Shown piece by piece: positions 48,801 to 62,665 of a stretch of 64,000 nt of DNA; position 1 is the first letter of the stretch, and every line of letters starts with the position of its first letter. The stretch spans positions 1,054,001 to 1,118,000 of the forward strand of contig JASTWF010000034.1 of assembly GCA_030390025.1 (NCBI GenBank), in the 5' to 3' direction. The notes under the pieces are model-generated. The model did no database searches. It was not told the DNA's origin and was given only the letters and a program-made list of their open reading frames with translations. Both the position numbers and the translations under genes were made by a program. The DNA comes from Squalus acanthias. Lineage: Eukaryota.

Positions 48801-51800
48801 TTGGACAGAGTCAGCATGGTTTTATGAAGGGGAAATCATGCTTGACAAATTTGCTCGAATTCTTTGAGGACGTAACAAATAGGGTGGATAAAGGGGATCC
48901 AGTGGATGTGGTATATTTGGACTTCCAAAAGGCATTTGATAAGGTGCCACACAAAAGATTACTGCACAAGATAAAGAATCACGGGATTGGGGGTAATATA
49001 CTGGCAAGGGTGGAAGAACGGCTATCTAACGGAAGGCAGAGAGTTGAGATAAATGGTTCATTCTAGGGTTGGCAATCAGTAACTAGTGGTGTTCCGCAGG
49101 GGTCAGTGCTGGGACCCCAACTTTTTACAATCTATATTAACGATTTGGAGGAGGGGACCGAGTGCAACGTATCCAAGTTTGCCGACGATACAAAGATGGG
49201 AGGGAAATCAGTGAGTGAGGAGGACATAAAAATCCTGTAAAAAGGACATAGACAGGCTAAGTGAGTGTGCGGAAATTTGGCAGCTGGAATATAATGTTGG
49301 AAAGTCTGAGGTTATGCACTTTGGCAGAAAAAAATCAAAGAGCAAGTTATTATCTAAATGGAAAGAAACTGCAAAGTGCTACAGTACAAAGGGATCTGGG
49401 GGTCCTGGTGCATGAAACACAGAAGGTTAGTATGCAGGTACAGCGGGCGATCAGGAAGGCCAATGGAATCTTGGCTTTTATTGCAAGGGGGATGGAGTAT
49501 AAAAGCAGGGAAGTCTTGCTTCAGCTATACAAGGTACTGGTGAGGCCACACCTGGAATACTGCGTACAGTTTTGGTTTCCATATTTAAGAAAAGATATAC
49601 TTGCTCTCCGGGCAGTTCAGAGAAGGTTCACTCGGTTGATTCCGGATATGAGGGGGTTGACTTATGAGGAAAGGTTGAGTAGGTTGGGCCTCTACTCATT
49701 GGAATTCAGAAGAATGAGAGGCGATCTTATCGAAACATACAAGATTGTGAGGTGGCTTGATCGGGTGGAGGCGGGTTGGATGTTTCCACTGCTGGGTGAG
49801 ACTAGAACTAGGGGGCACAATCTTAGAATAAGGGGCTGCCGTTTCAAAACTGAGATGAGGAGAAACTTCTTCACTCAGAGCGTAGTAAATCTATGGAATG
49901 TGATACCTCAGAGAGCAGTGGAAGCTACGACATTAAATAAATTTAAAACGGAGATAGACAGTTTCCTAGCTGATAAGGGAATTAAGGGTTATGGGGATCG
50001 GGCAGGGAAGTGGACGTGAGTCCAGGTTCGGATCAGCCATGATCCTATTGAATGATGGAGCAGGCCCGAGGGGCCATATGGCCTACTCCTGCTCCTACTT
50101 CTTATGTTCTTATGTATTAGGGGCCAAAGTGGTAATCTGTGTGTTGAGCCGGAAGATGTGGGTGAGGTTTTAAATGAATATTTTGCCTCTGTGTTCACTA
50201 TTGAGAAGGACGATGTTGACATAGAAATCAGGCAGGGCGATTGTGATATACTTGAACAAATTAGCATTGAGAAGGAGGAGGTACTAGCGGTTTTAGCGGG
50301 CTAAAAAGTAGATAAATCCCCAGGCCCAGACGAGATGTATCCCAGGCTGCAGTGTGAGGCAAGGGAGGAGATTACAGGAGCTTTGACACAAATTTTCTGA
50401 GCCTCTCTGGTCATAGGGGAGGTGCCAGAGGACTGGAGAACAGCTAACGGAGTACCATTATTCAAGAAGGGTACTAGGGATAAACCAGGGAATTACAGGC
50501 CAGTGAGCTTAACATCAGTGGTCGGGAAATTATTAGCAAAAATTCTGAGGGACAGAATTAGTCTACACTTGGAAGGGCACGGATTAATCAAGAATAGTCG
50601 GCATGGCTTTTTAAGGGAGAAATCATTTCTAACAAAATTGTTTGAATTTTTCGAGGGGTTGACTAGGTTTGTGGATGAGGGTAGTGCAGTTGATGCAGTC
50701 TACATGGACTTCAGTAAGGCTTTTGACAACATCCCACATGGGACACTGGTTAAGAAGGTAAGAGACCATGGGATCCAGGGCAATTTGGCACATTGGATCC
50801 AAAATTGGTTTCGTGGCAGGAGGCAGAGGGTGATGGTCGAAGGTTGTTTTTGTGACTTGAAGCCTGTGTTCAGTGGTGTACCGCAGGGATCGGTGCTGGG
50901 TCCTTTGCTGTTTTTATTGTACATTAATGATTTAGATATGAATGTAGGAGGTATGATCAGTAATTTCGCAGATGACACGAAAATTGGTGGGCTGGTAAAT
51001 AGCGAGGAGGGAAGCCTCAGACTACAGGACGATATAGACGGGTTGGTTAGATGGGCAGAAGAGTGGCAAATGGAATTTAACCTTGAAAAGTGTGAAGTGA
51101 TGCATTTTGGGAGGACTAACAAGGCAAGGGAATAGACAATCAATGGTCGGACCCTAGGAAGGACAGAGGATCAGAGGGACCTTTATGTGCAGGTACATAC
51201 AGCCCTGAAGTCAGCTGGACAGGTAGATAAGATGGTTAAAAAAGCATTAGGGATACGTGCCTTCATTAGCCGAGGCAAAGAATATAAGAGCAGGGAGGTT
51301 ATGATGGAAATGTACAAAATGCTAGTTCGGCCACAGCTAGAATACTGTGTGCAGTTCTGGTCACCACACTTTAGGAAGGATGTGATTGCATTGGAGAGGG
51401 TGCAGAGGAGATTGACCAGGATGTTACCTGGGCTGGAGCGCTTCAGCTATGAAGAGAGACTGGACAGGCTGGGGTTGTTTTCCTTAGAGCAGAAAAGGCT
51501 GAGGGGGGACCTGATTGATGTATACAAAATAATGAGGGGCATAGATAGGGTAGATAGAAAGGAATTTTCCCCTTAGTAGAGGGGTCAATAACCAGGGGGC
51601 ATAGTTTCAAGGTAAGGGGCAGGAGGTTTAGAGGGGATTTGAGGAAAATCTTTTTCACCCAGAGTGTGGTTGGAATCTGGAACTCACTGCCTGAAACGGT
51701 GGTAGAGGCAGGAACCCTCACAACATTCAAGAAGCATTGAGATGAGCACTAGAAACGCCATAGCATACAAGGCTACGGACCAAGTGCTGGAAAATGGGAA

Positions 51801-51893
51801 TAGAATATATAGGGCTTGATGGCCGGCGCGGACTCAATGGGCCAAAGGGCCGCTTTCTGTGCTGAATAACTATGACTATCGATGACTCTATGA
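42893..51893 (+). mobile_element. Full-length decayed CR1 (42893-45360 plus 50115-51893), split by another CR1
   Basis: ORF1 43154-44117 and EN 44242-44688; the linker resumes at 50115; RT 50422-51576; 3' tail GACTCTAT-type. Confidence 0.92.
45361..50114 (+). mobile_element. Full-length decayed CR1 (fourth subfamily) with a 5-bp TSD
   Basis: TATTA at 45356-45360 and 50115-50119; ORF1 46067-47024 (internal stop/frameshift); ORF2 pieces 47401-48114, 48491-49066 and 49261-50019. Confidence 0.95.
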
Positions 51894-51896
51894 CAG

Positions 51897-54800
51897 CGCA
51901 TGATTTCAAAGTTTGAAAATGACAAAACTCGGAAATGTTAATAAACAGTGAGAATGATAGTAACAGACTTCAGGAGGACGCAGACAGTCTGGTGAAATGG
52001 GCAGACACATGGCAGATATAATTTAACACAGAGAAGGGTGAAGTGATCCATGTTGGTAGGAAGCATGAGCAGAGGTAATATAAACTAAACGGTACAATTT
52101 CAAAGCGTGTGCACGATCAGAGAGATCTGGTGTGTACTTACACAAATCTTTGAAGGTGGCAGGACAAGTAGCGATGGCTATTAATAAAGCATACGGAGTC
52201 CTTGGCTTTACAAACAGAGACACAGAGTAACAAAATCCAGGTAGAAATGTTAACCTATTAAAAACCATTGGTTAGACCCCAGCTGGAGTATTGTGTCCAA
52301 TTCTGAGCACCACCCTTTGGCAAGCATGTCAAGGATTAGAGAAGGTGCAGAGGAGATTTACCGGAATGGTACCAGGGATCTGGGACTTCAATTACGTGGA
52401 GAGTCAGGAGAAGCTGGGATTGCTCTTTTTAGAGCAGCGAAGGTTAAGAATCACAGAATTGTAGAATCATAGAAATTTACGGCACAGAAGGAGGCCATTT
52501 GGCCCATTGTGTCTGCGCCGGTCGAAATAGAACTATCAGCTTAATCCCACTTTCCAGCTCTTGGTCCGTAGCCCTGTAGGTTATAGCACTTCAAGTGCAT
52601 ATCCAAGTACGTTTTAAATATGATGAGGGTTTCTGCCTCTACCACCCTTTCAGGCCTTGAGTTTCAGACCCGCACCGACCTCTGGGTGAAAAAAATTCTC
52701 CTCATCTCCCGTCTAATCCTTCTACCAATTACTTTAAATCTATTCCCCTTGGTTATTGACGTCTCTGTCAGGGGAAATAGGTGCTTGCAAACCACTCTAT
52801 CTAGGCCCCTCATAATTTTATACACCTCAACTTAATCTCCCCTCAGCCTCCTCTGTTCCAATGTAAAGAACCCCAGACTATTCTCCAGTCTTGGCAGCAT
52901 CCACGTAAATCTCCTCTATAATGTCTCAAATGCAATCACATCTTTCCTGTAATGTTTTGAACAAAATTGTACGCAGTATTCCAGCTGTGGCCGAATTGGT
53001 GTTTTATACAGTTCTAGCATAAACTCCCTGCTTTTATATCCTATGCTTCAGCTAATAAAGCAACGTATTGGTGGACAAGGGTGGAAATATGAGGAGAGGT
53101 TGAGTAGATTGGGACTGTACTCATTGGAGTTCAGAAGAATGAGAGGCGATCTTATTGAAACATATAAGATTGTGAAGGGGCTTGATCGGGTGGATGCGTT
53201 AAGGATGTTCCCAAGGATGGGTGAAACTAGAACTAGGGGCATAATCTTAGAATAAGGGGCTGCTGTTTCAAAACTGAGATGAGGAGAAACTTCTTCACTC
53301 AGAGGGTAGTAGGTCTGTGGAATTTGCTGCCCCAGGAAGCTGTGGAAGCTACATCATTAAATAAATTTAAAACAGAAATAGACAGTTTCCTAGAAGTAAA
53401 GGGAATTAGGGGTTACGGGGAGCGGGCAGGAAATTGAACATGAGGCTGAGTTCGGATCGGTCAAGGCCCTGTTGGTGGTGGAGCGGGCCCAGGGGCTGAG
53501 TGGCCGGGTCCTGCTCCTAATTCTTGTGTTCTTTTGAATTGAGGTTAGGATCAGATCAGCCATGATCTTATTGAATGGCGGAGCAGGCTCGAGGGGACGA
53601 TTGGCCTACTCCTGCTCCTGCTCCTATTTCTTATGTTCTTATGTTCTTATCCCACATGCCTTTTTAACTACCCTATCTACATGTCCTGATAGTTTTAGAG
53701 ATATGTGGAAATGTACTCCAAGTTCCCTCTGTTCCACTGCACCTCTCAGTATCCTACCATTTATTGTGTATTCCTTTTTTTTAGCCCGCCACAAATGCAT
53801 TAGCTCACACTTCTCCGAAATGAAGTCCATTTGCCATTATTATGCCCACCTGATCAGTCCATTGATATCTTTTTGCAGTCTACAGCTTTCTTCCTCACTA
53901 TCAACCACACGGCCAATTGTTGTATCATGTGCAAACTTCTTCATCATGGCCCCAACACTGAAGTCTAAATCATTGATATGCACCACAAATAGCAGGGGAC
54001 CTAGTACTGAGCCCTGTGGAACCCCACTGGAAACAACCTTCCAGTCACAAAGAACACCCGTTGACCATTACGACATTTGCTTCCTGCCACTGAGCCAATT
54101 TTGGATCCAACTTGCCACTTTCCCTTGGATCTAATGACCAACCTGTCATGTGGGATCTTGTCAAAGGCCTTACTAATATCTACGTGGACTACTTCAAATG
54201 CACTCCCCTCATCGACCCTCCTCATTACCTCCTCAAAAAATTCAATCCATTTAGTCAGACACGACCTTTCTTAACATTACCATGCTGACTGTCCTTGATT
54301 AATCTGTGCCTTTCTAAATGCCGATTTATACTGCCCCTCAGAATTTTCCTATATTTTTTCCACCACCAAGGTTAGACTAACTGCCCAGTAATGACTCGGT
54401 CTATCCCTTTCTCCCTTTATTAAGCAATGGTACAACGTTAGCAGTCCTCCAGTCCTCTGGCAACACGCCTGTAGCCAGAGAGGATTGGAAAATGATGGTC
54501 TGAGCCTCCGCTATTTCCTCCCTTAAAAGACTGAGAAACATTTCATCCGAGCCTCGTGATTTAACTACTTTCAATGATGCTGAACCCCTTAATGTTTCTT
54601 CTCTCACTATCTTTGTCTCATCTAATATTCCACACAACTCCTCCTTAACTACAATGTCTGCATCGTCTCACTCTTCTGTGAAGACAGACCCAAAGTATTT
54701 ATTGAGAACCATATCCAGGTCTTCCGCCTCTACACACAGGTTAACTTTTTGGTCTGTAATAGGCCAAACTCTTTCTTTAGTTATCCTCTTGCTCTTGATG

Positions 54801-55760
54801 TATGCATAAAATATATTTGGGTTTTCCTTGATTTTACGTGCCAATATTTTTTCATGCCATCTCTTTGCTTTCCTAATTTAATTTTTAATTTCACCCCTGC
54901 ACTTTCTATACCCATCTAGGCTTTCTGTAGTATTGAGCTCTCGGTATCTGACAAAATCTTCCCTTTTTGTTCCCTTATCCTACCCTGTATTCCCCTTGAC
55001 ATCCAGGGGGCTCTAGATTTGGAAGTCTCTTCCTTTATCTTTTTGGGAATATATTTGCTCTGAGCCCTCACTATCTCCTCGTTGCATGCTTCCCACGGCT
55101 CTGCACTGATTTCCAATCAAGAAGCTGTTTGCAGTCCATTTTTCCTAAATCACATCTCAGCTCAGTAAATTTGGCCTTTCCCCAATTGAAAACTTTTAAA
55201 CCTGGTCTTTCTTTGTCCTTTTCCATTAGGGGAGATTTAGTGTAGATATTCCAGATTGTAATGGGTTTTGAAAGAGTAAGTAAGTCGGTTTCCAGAGGCA
55301 GAATGGTGGGTAACCAGAGGAAACAAATTTAAAGTAATTGTCAAAAGAACCAGAGGAGAGATGAGAATTTTCTTTACACAGTGAGATGTGATCTAGAATG
55401 CACTGTCTGAGAACGTGGTGGAAGCAGATTCAATAGTAAATTTCGAAAGGAAATGGGTAATCAGATGAGGGGAATGTTCTATGGGGCTCTGATTAAAGAG
55501 ACGGACTGAATTGATAACTCTTTCAAAGAGATGGCATGGACACGATGGGCCGAATGCCCTCCGTGTGTGATGTACCGTTCTATGATTCTATGAGCAAGAG
55601 ACAGAGAGAGAGAGAGAAGAGGGGGAGAGAGAGAAATAAAAATAGAGACTGAAAGACAGGGAGAGGTACAGAGGGAAAGTAGTTAACTTTAAAAGGGGAA
55701 TTGGATAAATACCTGAAGGGGAACAATTTGCAGGACTATGGGAAAAGAGCAAGGGAATGG
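51897..55760. mobile_element. Cluster of decayed CR1 fragments: 51897-52447(+), 52448-53065(-), 53075-53648(+, double 3' UTR), 53649-55225(-), 55228-55595(+)
   Basis: RT and C-terminal motifs plus 3' UTRs on alternating strands. Confidence 0.85.
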
Positions 55761-55769
55761 GACTAATTT

Positions 55770-55949
55770 CAGGGGTGAGGCCATGGTGGGATTTGAACAT
55801 GTGGAGGAGAATATTTAAACCGAGTTGTTGCCGGATCGGCAGCCAATGTTGGTCAGTGAACACAGGGGTGATGGGTGAACGGGACATGATGTGTGTTAGG
55901 ATAGGGGCAGCAGAGTTTTGGATGAGCTCTCGTTTACGGAGGCTTGTTA
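55770..55949 (-). mobile_element. L2-clade LINE fragment
   Basis: IQNSAA.IL..SPITPVFTDQHWLPIRQQL..FKSHHGL resembles the L2 ITPVL..LHWLP motif. Confidence 0.75.
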
Positions 55950-56449
55950 NNNNNNNNNNNNNNNNNNNNNNNNNNNNNNNNNNNNNNNNNNNNNNNNNNN
56001 NNNNNNNNNNNNNNNNNNNNNNNNNNNNNNNNNNNNNNNNNNNNNNNNNNNNNNNNNNNNNNNNNNNNNNNNNNNNNNNNNNNNNNNNNNNNNNNNNNNN
56101 NNNNNNNNNNNNNNNNNNNNNNNNNNNNNNNNNNNNNNNNNNNNNNNNNNNNNNNNNNNNNNNNNNNNNNNNNNNNNNNNNNNNNNNNNNNNNNNNNNNN
56201 NNNNNNNNNNNNNNNNNNNNNNNNNNNNNNNNNNNNNNNNNNNNNNNNNNNNNNNNNNNNNNNNNNNNNNNNNNNNNNNNNNNNNNNNNNNNNNNNNNNN
56301 NNNNNNNNNNNNNNNNNNNNNNNNNNNNNNNNNNNNNNNNNNNNNNNNNNNNNNNNNNNNNNNNNNNNNNNNNNNNNNNNNNNNNNNNNNNNNNNNNNNN
56401 NNNNNNNNNNNNNNNNNNNNNNNNNNNNNNNNNNNNNNNNNNNNNNNNN
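55950..56449. other. Assembly gap (500 N)
   Basis: Run of N. Confidence 1.
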
Positions 56450-58053
56450 TCCTTCCTAGGGTCCGACCATTCATTGTGTATTCCCTTGCCTTGTTAGTCC
56501 TCCCAAAATGCATCACCTCACACTTTTCAAGGTTAAATTCCATTTGGCACTGTTCTGCCCATCTAACCATCACGTCTATATCGTTCTGTAGCCTGAGGCT
56601 TCCCTCCTCGCTATTTACCACTCCACCAATTTTCGTGTCATCTGCGAACTTCCTGATCATACGTCCTACATTCATATCTAAATCATTAATGTACAATAAA
56701 AACAGCAAAGGACCCAGCACCGTTCCCTGCGGTACACCACTGAACACAGGCATCAAGTCACAAAAACAACCTTCGACCATCACCCTCTGCTTCCTGTCAA
56801 AAACTAATTTTGGATCCAATGTGCCAAATTGCCCTGGATCCATGGTCTCTTAGCTTTTTGACCAGCCTCCCATGTGGGACGTTGTCAAAAGCCTTACTGA
56901 AGTCCATGTAGACTACATCAACTGCACTACCCTCATCCACAAACCTATTCAACCCCTCGAAAAATTCAATCAGTTTTGTTAGAAATGATCTCCCCCTTAC
57001 AAAGTCATGCTGACTATCCTTAATTAATCCTTGCCTCTCCAAGTGTAGACTATTTCTGTCACTCAGAATTTTTCCAATAATTTCCCTACGACTGATGTTA
57101 GGCTCACTGGCCTGTAATTCCCTGGTTTATCCCTACGACACTTCTTGAATAATGGTACTACGTTAGTTGTTCTCCAGTCCTCTGGCACCACCCCTGTGAC
57201 CAGAGAGGCTCTGAAAAATTATGTCAGAGCCCCTACAATCTCCTCCTTTGCCTCACACTGCAGCCTGGGATACATCTCGTATTTGCCTGCGGATTTTTTC
57301 TACTTTTATGCGCGCTAAAACCACTAGTACCTCCTCCCTCTCAATACTAATTTGTTCAACTATATCACAATCGCCCTGCCTGATTTCTATGCCTACATCG
57401 TCCTTCTCCATAACATTCAGGGTTCCCTGGGCTTGTTGGTCCCACCCTTGACCTTCACGGGAACATGTTGGCGTTGTACTCCCTCTATTTCCTTTCTGAA
57501 AGACTCCCACTGCTCTGATGTGGATTTTCCTACAAGTGGCTGATCCCAGTCCACTTTGGCCAGATCGTGCCTTATCATATTAAAATCGGCCTTACCCCAA
57601 TTTGGAACCTTTATCTCCGGTCCATCTTTGTCCTTTTCCATGACTACCTTGAATCTCACCGAATTATGGTCACTTTCACCAAAATGCTCTCCTACTGACA
57701 CTTCTACCACTTGCCCGGCTACATTCCCTAGAATTAGGTCCAGTACCGCCCCCTCTCTTGTAGGACTTTCTACATGCTGGCTCAAAAAGCTCTCCTGGAT
57801 GCAGTTTAAGAATTCCGCACCCTCGAAGCCTTTCACACACTGACTACCTCACTTAATATTGGGGTAGTTGAAATTCCCTACTATTATTACCCTATTATTT
57901 CCACACTTCTGTGAGATTTGCCTACATATCTGTTCCTCTGTTTCTCACTGACTGTTTGGGGGCCTATAGTACACTCCCAGCAAAGTGCTTGCCCCCTTTT
58001 TGTTTTTAACTTCTACCTCATTAGAGGAACCTGCTAAGATATCAACTCTCCTT
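56450..58053 (-). mobile_element. CR1 ORF2 fragment (EN to RT, internal deletion), paralog of 42893-51893
   Basis: ORFs 57417-57836, 56797-57042 and 56450-56843. Confidence 0.9.
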
Positions 58054-61000
58054 ACTAGGTCTCTAGTTTGGAGTAAATAGTGTGTAAAGGGAAATAAGGT
58101 ACCTAGTGAATTTAATATTCTTTCATTTAAAGGTAGTAAATTAAGGGTATGACATGGCAGGGCAGCTCGGCAGCGTGGAGTGCTCCTCCTGTGCTAAAGT
58201 GGAAGTCAGGGACACTTTCGGTGTCCAGGGCGAACACATGTGCAGGAAGTGTCTCCAGCTACAGCTACTCGAAATTCGCGTTTCGGAGCTGCGACTGGAG
58301 TCACTGTGGAGCATCCGCGAAGCTGAGACCTTCGTGGATAGCACGTTTAACGAGGTGCTCACACCGCAGGTAAAGAGTGCACAGGCAAACAGGAAATGGG
58401 TGACCACCAGACAGTGTGAAAGAACGAGGATGATACTGCAGGACTCCCCTGGGTCCATCTCTCTCTCCAACAGATTTTCCGTTTTGGATACTGATGGGGG
58501 AGATGGTTTCTCAGGGGAATGCAGCAAGAGCCAAGTCTGTGGCACTACGAATGGCTCAGCTGCACAGGAGGGGAGGAAAACGAGTGGGAGAGCAATATTG
58601 ATTGGGGATTCTATCGTAAGGGGAACAGATAGATGTTTCTGTGGCCGCAGACGGGACTCCAGGATGGTATGTTGGCTCCCTAGTGCCAGGGTCAAGGATG
58701 TCACTGAACGGCTGCAGGGCATTCTGAAGGGGGAGGGCGAACAGTCAGAGGCCGTGGTTCACATCGGTACCAACGACATGGGAAGAAAGAGGGATGAGGT
58801 CCTGCAACAAAAATTTAGGGAGCTAGGTAGCAGATTAAAAAGCAGGACCTCAAAGGTTGTAATCTCTGGATTACTCCCGGTGCCACGTGCTAGTGAGTAC
58901 AGGAATAGGAGGATAGAGCAGATGAATGCGTGGCTGAAGAGTTGGTGCAGGAGGGAGGGCTTTAGTTTCCTGGATCACTCGGTCTGCTTCTGGGGAAGGT
59001 GGGACCTGTACAAGTCGGGCGGGTTGCACCTGAACCGGAACGGGACCAACATCCTTGTGGGGAGGTTTGCTAGTACTGTTGGGAGGGGGGTTGAAACTAA
59101 CTTGGCAGGGGGATGGGATACGGAGTGGAGCTATAGTAGGGGGTGATGCACCGCCAAATATAGAGGAAAAAACAAGTCAGCCTGGAAGTCAGAGCAAATA
59201 TGTAACGGCACAAGGGGTTATGGCAAGGCTGGATGGCATTTATTTTAATTCAGGGAGTCTTGCGAGTAAGACAGATGAATTGAAGGTGTTGATGAACACA
59301 TGGGAGTATAATATTGTTGCTATCACAGAGACATGGTTCAGGAAGGGGCAGGACTGGCAGCTCAATATTCCGGGGTATAGAATCTTCAGGCGAGACAGAG
59401 GGGGGTGTAAAAGCGGAGAGGGTGTCGCAATATTAATCAAGGAGTCAATTACTGCTTTAAGGAGGGATGATATCTTAGCAGGTTCCTCTAAGGAGGCCAT
59501 ATCGGTAGAACCTAAAAACAAAAAGTGGGCAAGCACTTTGCTGGGAGTGTACTGTTGGGCCGCAAAGAGTCAGTGAGAGATGGAGGAACAGATATGTAGG
59601 CAAATCTCAGAGAAGTGTCGAAATAATAGGGTAATAATAGTAGGGGATTTCAACTTCCCCAATATTAAGTGAGATAGTCAGAGTGTGAAAGGCTTAGAGG
59701 CTGTGGAATTCTTAAAGTGCATCCAGTAGAGCTTTTTGAGCCAGCATGTAGAAAGTTCTACAAGAGAGGCGGTGGTACTGGACCTAATTCTAGGGAATGT
59801 AGCCGGGCAAGTGGTCGAAGTGTCAGTAGGAGAGCATTTTGGTGACAGTGACATAATTCGGTGAGATTTAAGGTAGTCATGGAAAAGGACAAAGATGGAC
59901 CGGAAATAAAGATTCTAAATTGGGGGAATGTCAATATGATAAGGCAGGATCCGACCAAAGTGGATTTGGATCAGCTACTTGTAGGAAAATCCACATCAGA
60001 GCAGTGGGAGTCTTTCATAAAGTAAATAGAGAGAGTATAACGCCAACATGTTCCCGTAAAGGTCATGGGTGGGACCAACAAGCCCAAGGAACCCTGAATG
60101 TCAAGGGATATACGAGAATGGATTAGGAAAAAAAGGGAGGCTTTTGGCAGATACAAAGGACTAAAAACAGTGGAAGCCCGACAGGAGTATAGAAAGTGCA
60201 GGGGAATACCTAAAAAATAAATTAGGAGAGCGAAGAGGGGGCATGAAATAACACTGGCGGTCAAAATAAAGGAAAATCCCAAGGTGTTTTATAAGTATAT
60301 TAAGGGCAAGAGGATAACCAGGGAAAGGGTAGGGCCCATTTGGGACCAAAGTGGCAATCTGTGTGTCGAGCCAGAAGATGTAGGTGGGGCTTTAAATGAA
60401 TATTTTGCATCTGTGTTCACTATGGAGAAGGACGATGTAGGCATAGAAATCAGGCAGTGGGATTGTGATATACTTGATCAATTCAGTATTGAGAGGGAGG
60501 AGGTACTAGCGGTTTTAGCAGGCGTAAAAGTGAATAAATCCCCACGCCAGACGAGATGTATCCCCGGCTGCTGTGTGAGGCAAGGGAGGAGATTGTAAGG
60601 GCTGTGACACAAATTTTCAGAACCTCTCTGGCCTCACGGGAGGTGCCAGAGGACTGGAGAACAGCTAACGTAGTCGCATTATTCAAGAAGGATAGTAGGG
60701 ATGAACCAGGGAATTACATGCCAGTGAGCCTAACATCAATGGCAGGGAAATCATTGGAAAACATTTCTGAGGGACAGAATTCGTCTCTACTTGGATAGGC
60801 AAGGATTAATCAAGAATAGTCAGCATGGCTTTGCCAGCGGGAGATCATGTCTGACCAATTTTATTGCATTTTTTGAGGGGGTGACTAGGTGTGTGGATGA
60901 GGATAGTGCAGTTGATGTCATCTACATGGTCTTCAGTAAGGCTTTTGACAAAGTCCCACATGGAAGACTGGTCAAGAAGATAAGAGGCCAAAGGATCCTG

Positions 61001-62112
61001 GGCAACTTGCCACATTGGATTCAAAATTGGCTTAGTGGCAGGAGGCAGAGGGTGATGGTCGAAGGTTGTTTTTTTGACTGGAAGCCTGTGTCCAGTGCTG
61101 TACTGCAGGGATCGGTGCAGGGTCCTTTGCTGTTTGTAGTTTACATTACTGATTTAGTTATGAATTTAGGAGGGATGATCAGTAAGTTTGCAGATGACAC
61201 GGAAATTTGTGGGGTGGTAAATAGCGAGGAGGGGAGCCTCAGGCTACAGGCCGTTATAGACGGGTTGGTTAGTTGGGCAGAACAGTGGCAAATGGAATTT
61301 AACCTTGAAAAGTGTGAGGTGATGAATTTGGGAGGACTAACAAGGCAAGGGAATACACATTGAATGGTAAGACCCTAGGAATGACAGAGGATCAGAGGGC
61401 CCTTGGCGTGCATGTACATAGATACCTGAAGGCAGCAGGACAGGCAGATAAGTTGCTTAAAAAGGCATATTGGATACTTGCCTTCATTAGCCGAGGCATA
61501 GAATATAAGAGCAGGGAGGTTATGATGGAGATGTACAAAATGCTAGTTAGGCCACAGCTCGAATACTGTGTGCAGTTCTGGTCACCACACTATAGGAGGG
61601 ATGTGATTGCATTGGAGATGGTGCAGAGGAGATTCACCAGGATGTTACCTGGGCTGGAGCGTTTCAGTTATGAAGTGAGACTGGACAGGCTGGGGTTGTT
61701 TTCCTTCGAGCAGAGAAGGCCGAGATGGGACCTGATTGAGGTGTACAAAATTATGAGGGGCATAGATAGGGTACCTAGAAAGGAACTTTTCCCCTTATTA
61801 GAGGGGTCAATAACCAGGGGGCATAGTTTCAAGGTAAGGGGCAGGAGGTTTAGATTGGATTTGAGGAAAAACATTTTCACCCAGAGTGTGGTTGGAATAT
61901 GGAAATCACTGCCTGAAAGGGTGCTAGAGGCAGGAAACCTCACAACATTCAAGAAGCATTTAGATGAGCACTTGAAACGATATAGCATACAAGGCTATGG
62001 ACCAAGTGCTGGAAAATGGGATTAAAATAGACAGGGCTTGATGGCCAGCGCGGACCCGATGGGCTGAAGGGCCTCTTTCTGTGCTGTATAACACTGTGAC
62101 TCAATGACTCTA
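58054..62112 (+). mobile_element. Near full-length CR1; ORF1 58154-~59100, ORF2 disrupted
   Basis: ORF1 esterase motifs; ORF2 pieces 59055-59576, 60284-60598, 60556-60798, 60791-61363 and 61360-62025. Confidence 0.95.
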
Positions 62113-62317
62113 TTACTTCCATATAAACACTACTTACTGTAAACTAGAGACCTTACTTTTACTTAAACGACTGGACTGTAGAAATTTTCACCAGGTCCTG
62201 CAAGCTGACAAAGATAGAAAAAGAAAGGAACACCTCCCTCCCCGAAATCCCTCACTCACCAAACTCGCAGTTTAACATTCTGTTCCAAGCTACACTCCGT
62301 GACAAACTGCACTCTAG
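62113..62317 (-). mobile_element. CR1 5' terminus (inverted copy of 42893-43097)
   Basis: Reverse complement CTAGAGTGCAGTTTGTCACGGAGTG..CTGCGAGTTTGGTGAGTGAGGGA. Confidence 0.85.
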
Positions 62318-62665
62318 CCAGTACTAAGGGAGTGCTGCATTTTTGGAGGGGCAGGACTAAGGGAGTGCATCTCTGTCAGTGGGGCAGTACTGAGGGAGCA
62401 CTGCACTGTCAGAGGGGCAGCACTGAGGGAGGGCTGCACTGTCAGAGGGACAGTACTGAGGGAGCACAGCACTGTCAGAGGGGCAGTACTGACGGAGCAC
62501 TGCACTGTCAGAGGGGCAGTACTGAGGGAGCACAGCACTGTCAGAGGGGCAGTACTGAGGGAGCGCTGCACTGTCAGAGGGGCAGTACTGTGGGAGCAGT
62601 GCACTGTCAGAGGGGCAGTACTGAGGGAGCACTGCACTGTCAGAGGTGCCGTCTCTCAGATGAAT
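62318..62665 (+). repeat. 33-bp minisatellite (~10 copies) derived from the Deu-SINE core
   Basis: CAGTACTGAGGGAGCACTGCACTGTCAGAGGGG; ends in the SINE motif GAGGTGCCGTCTCTCAGATGA. Confidence 0.9.

Noticed and set aside
55757..56853. ORFs spanning the N run
   Set aside because: Artefacts of the assembly gap
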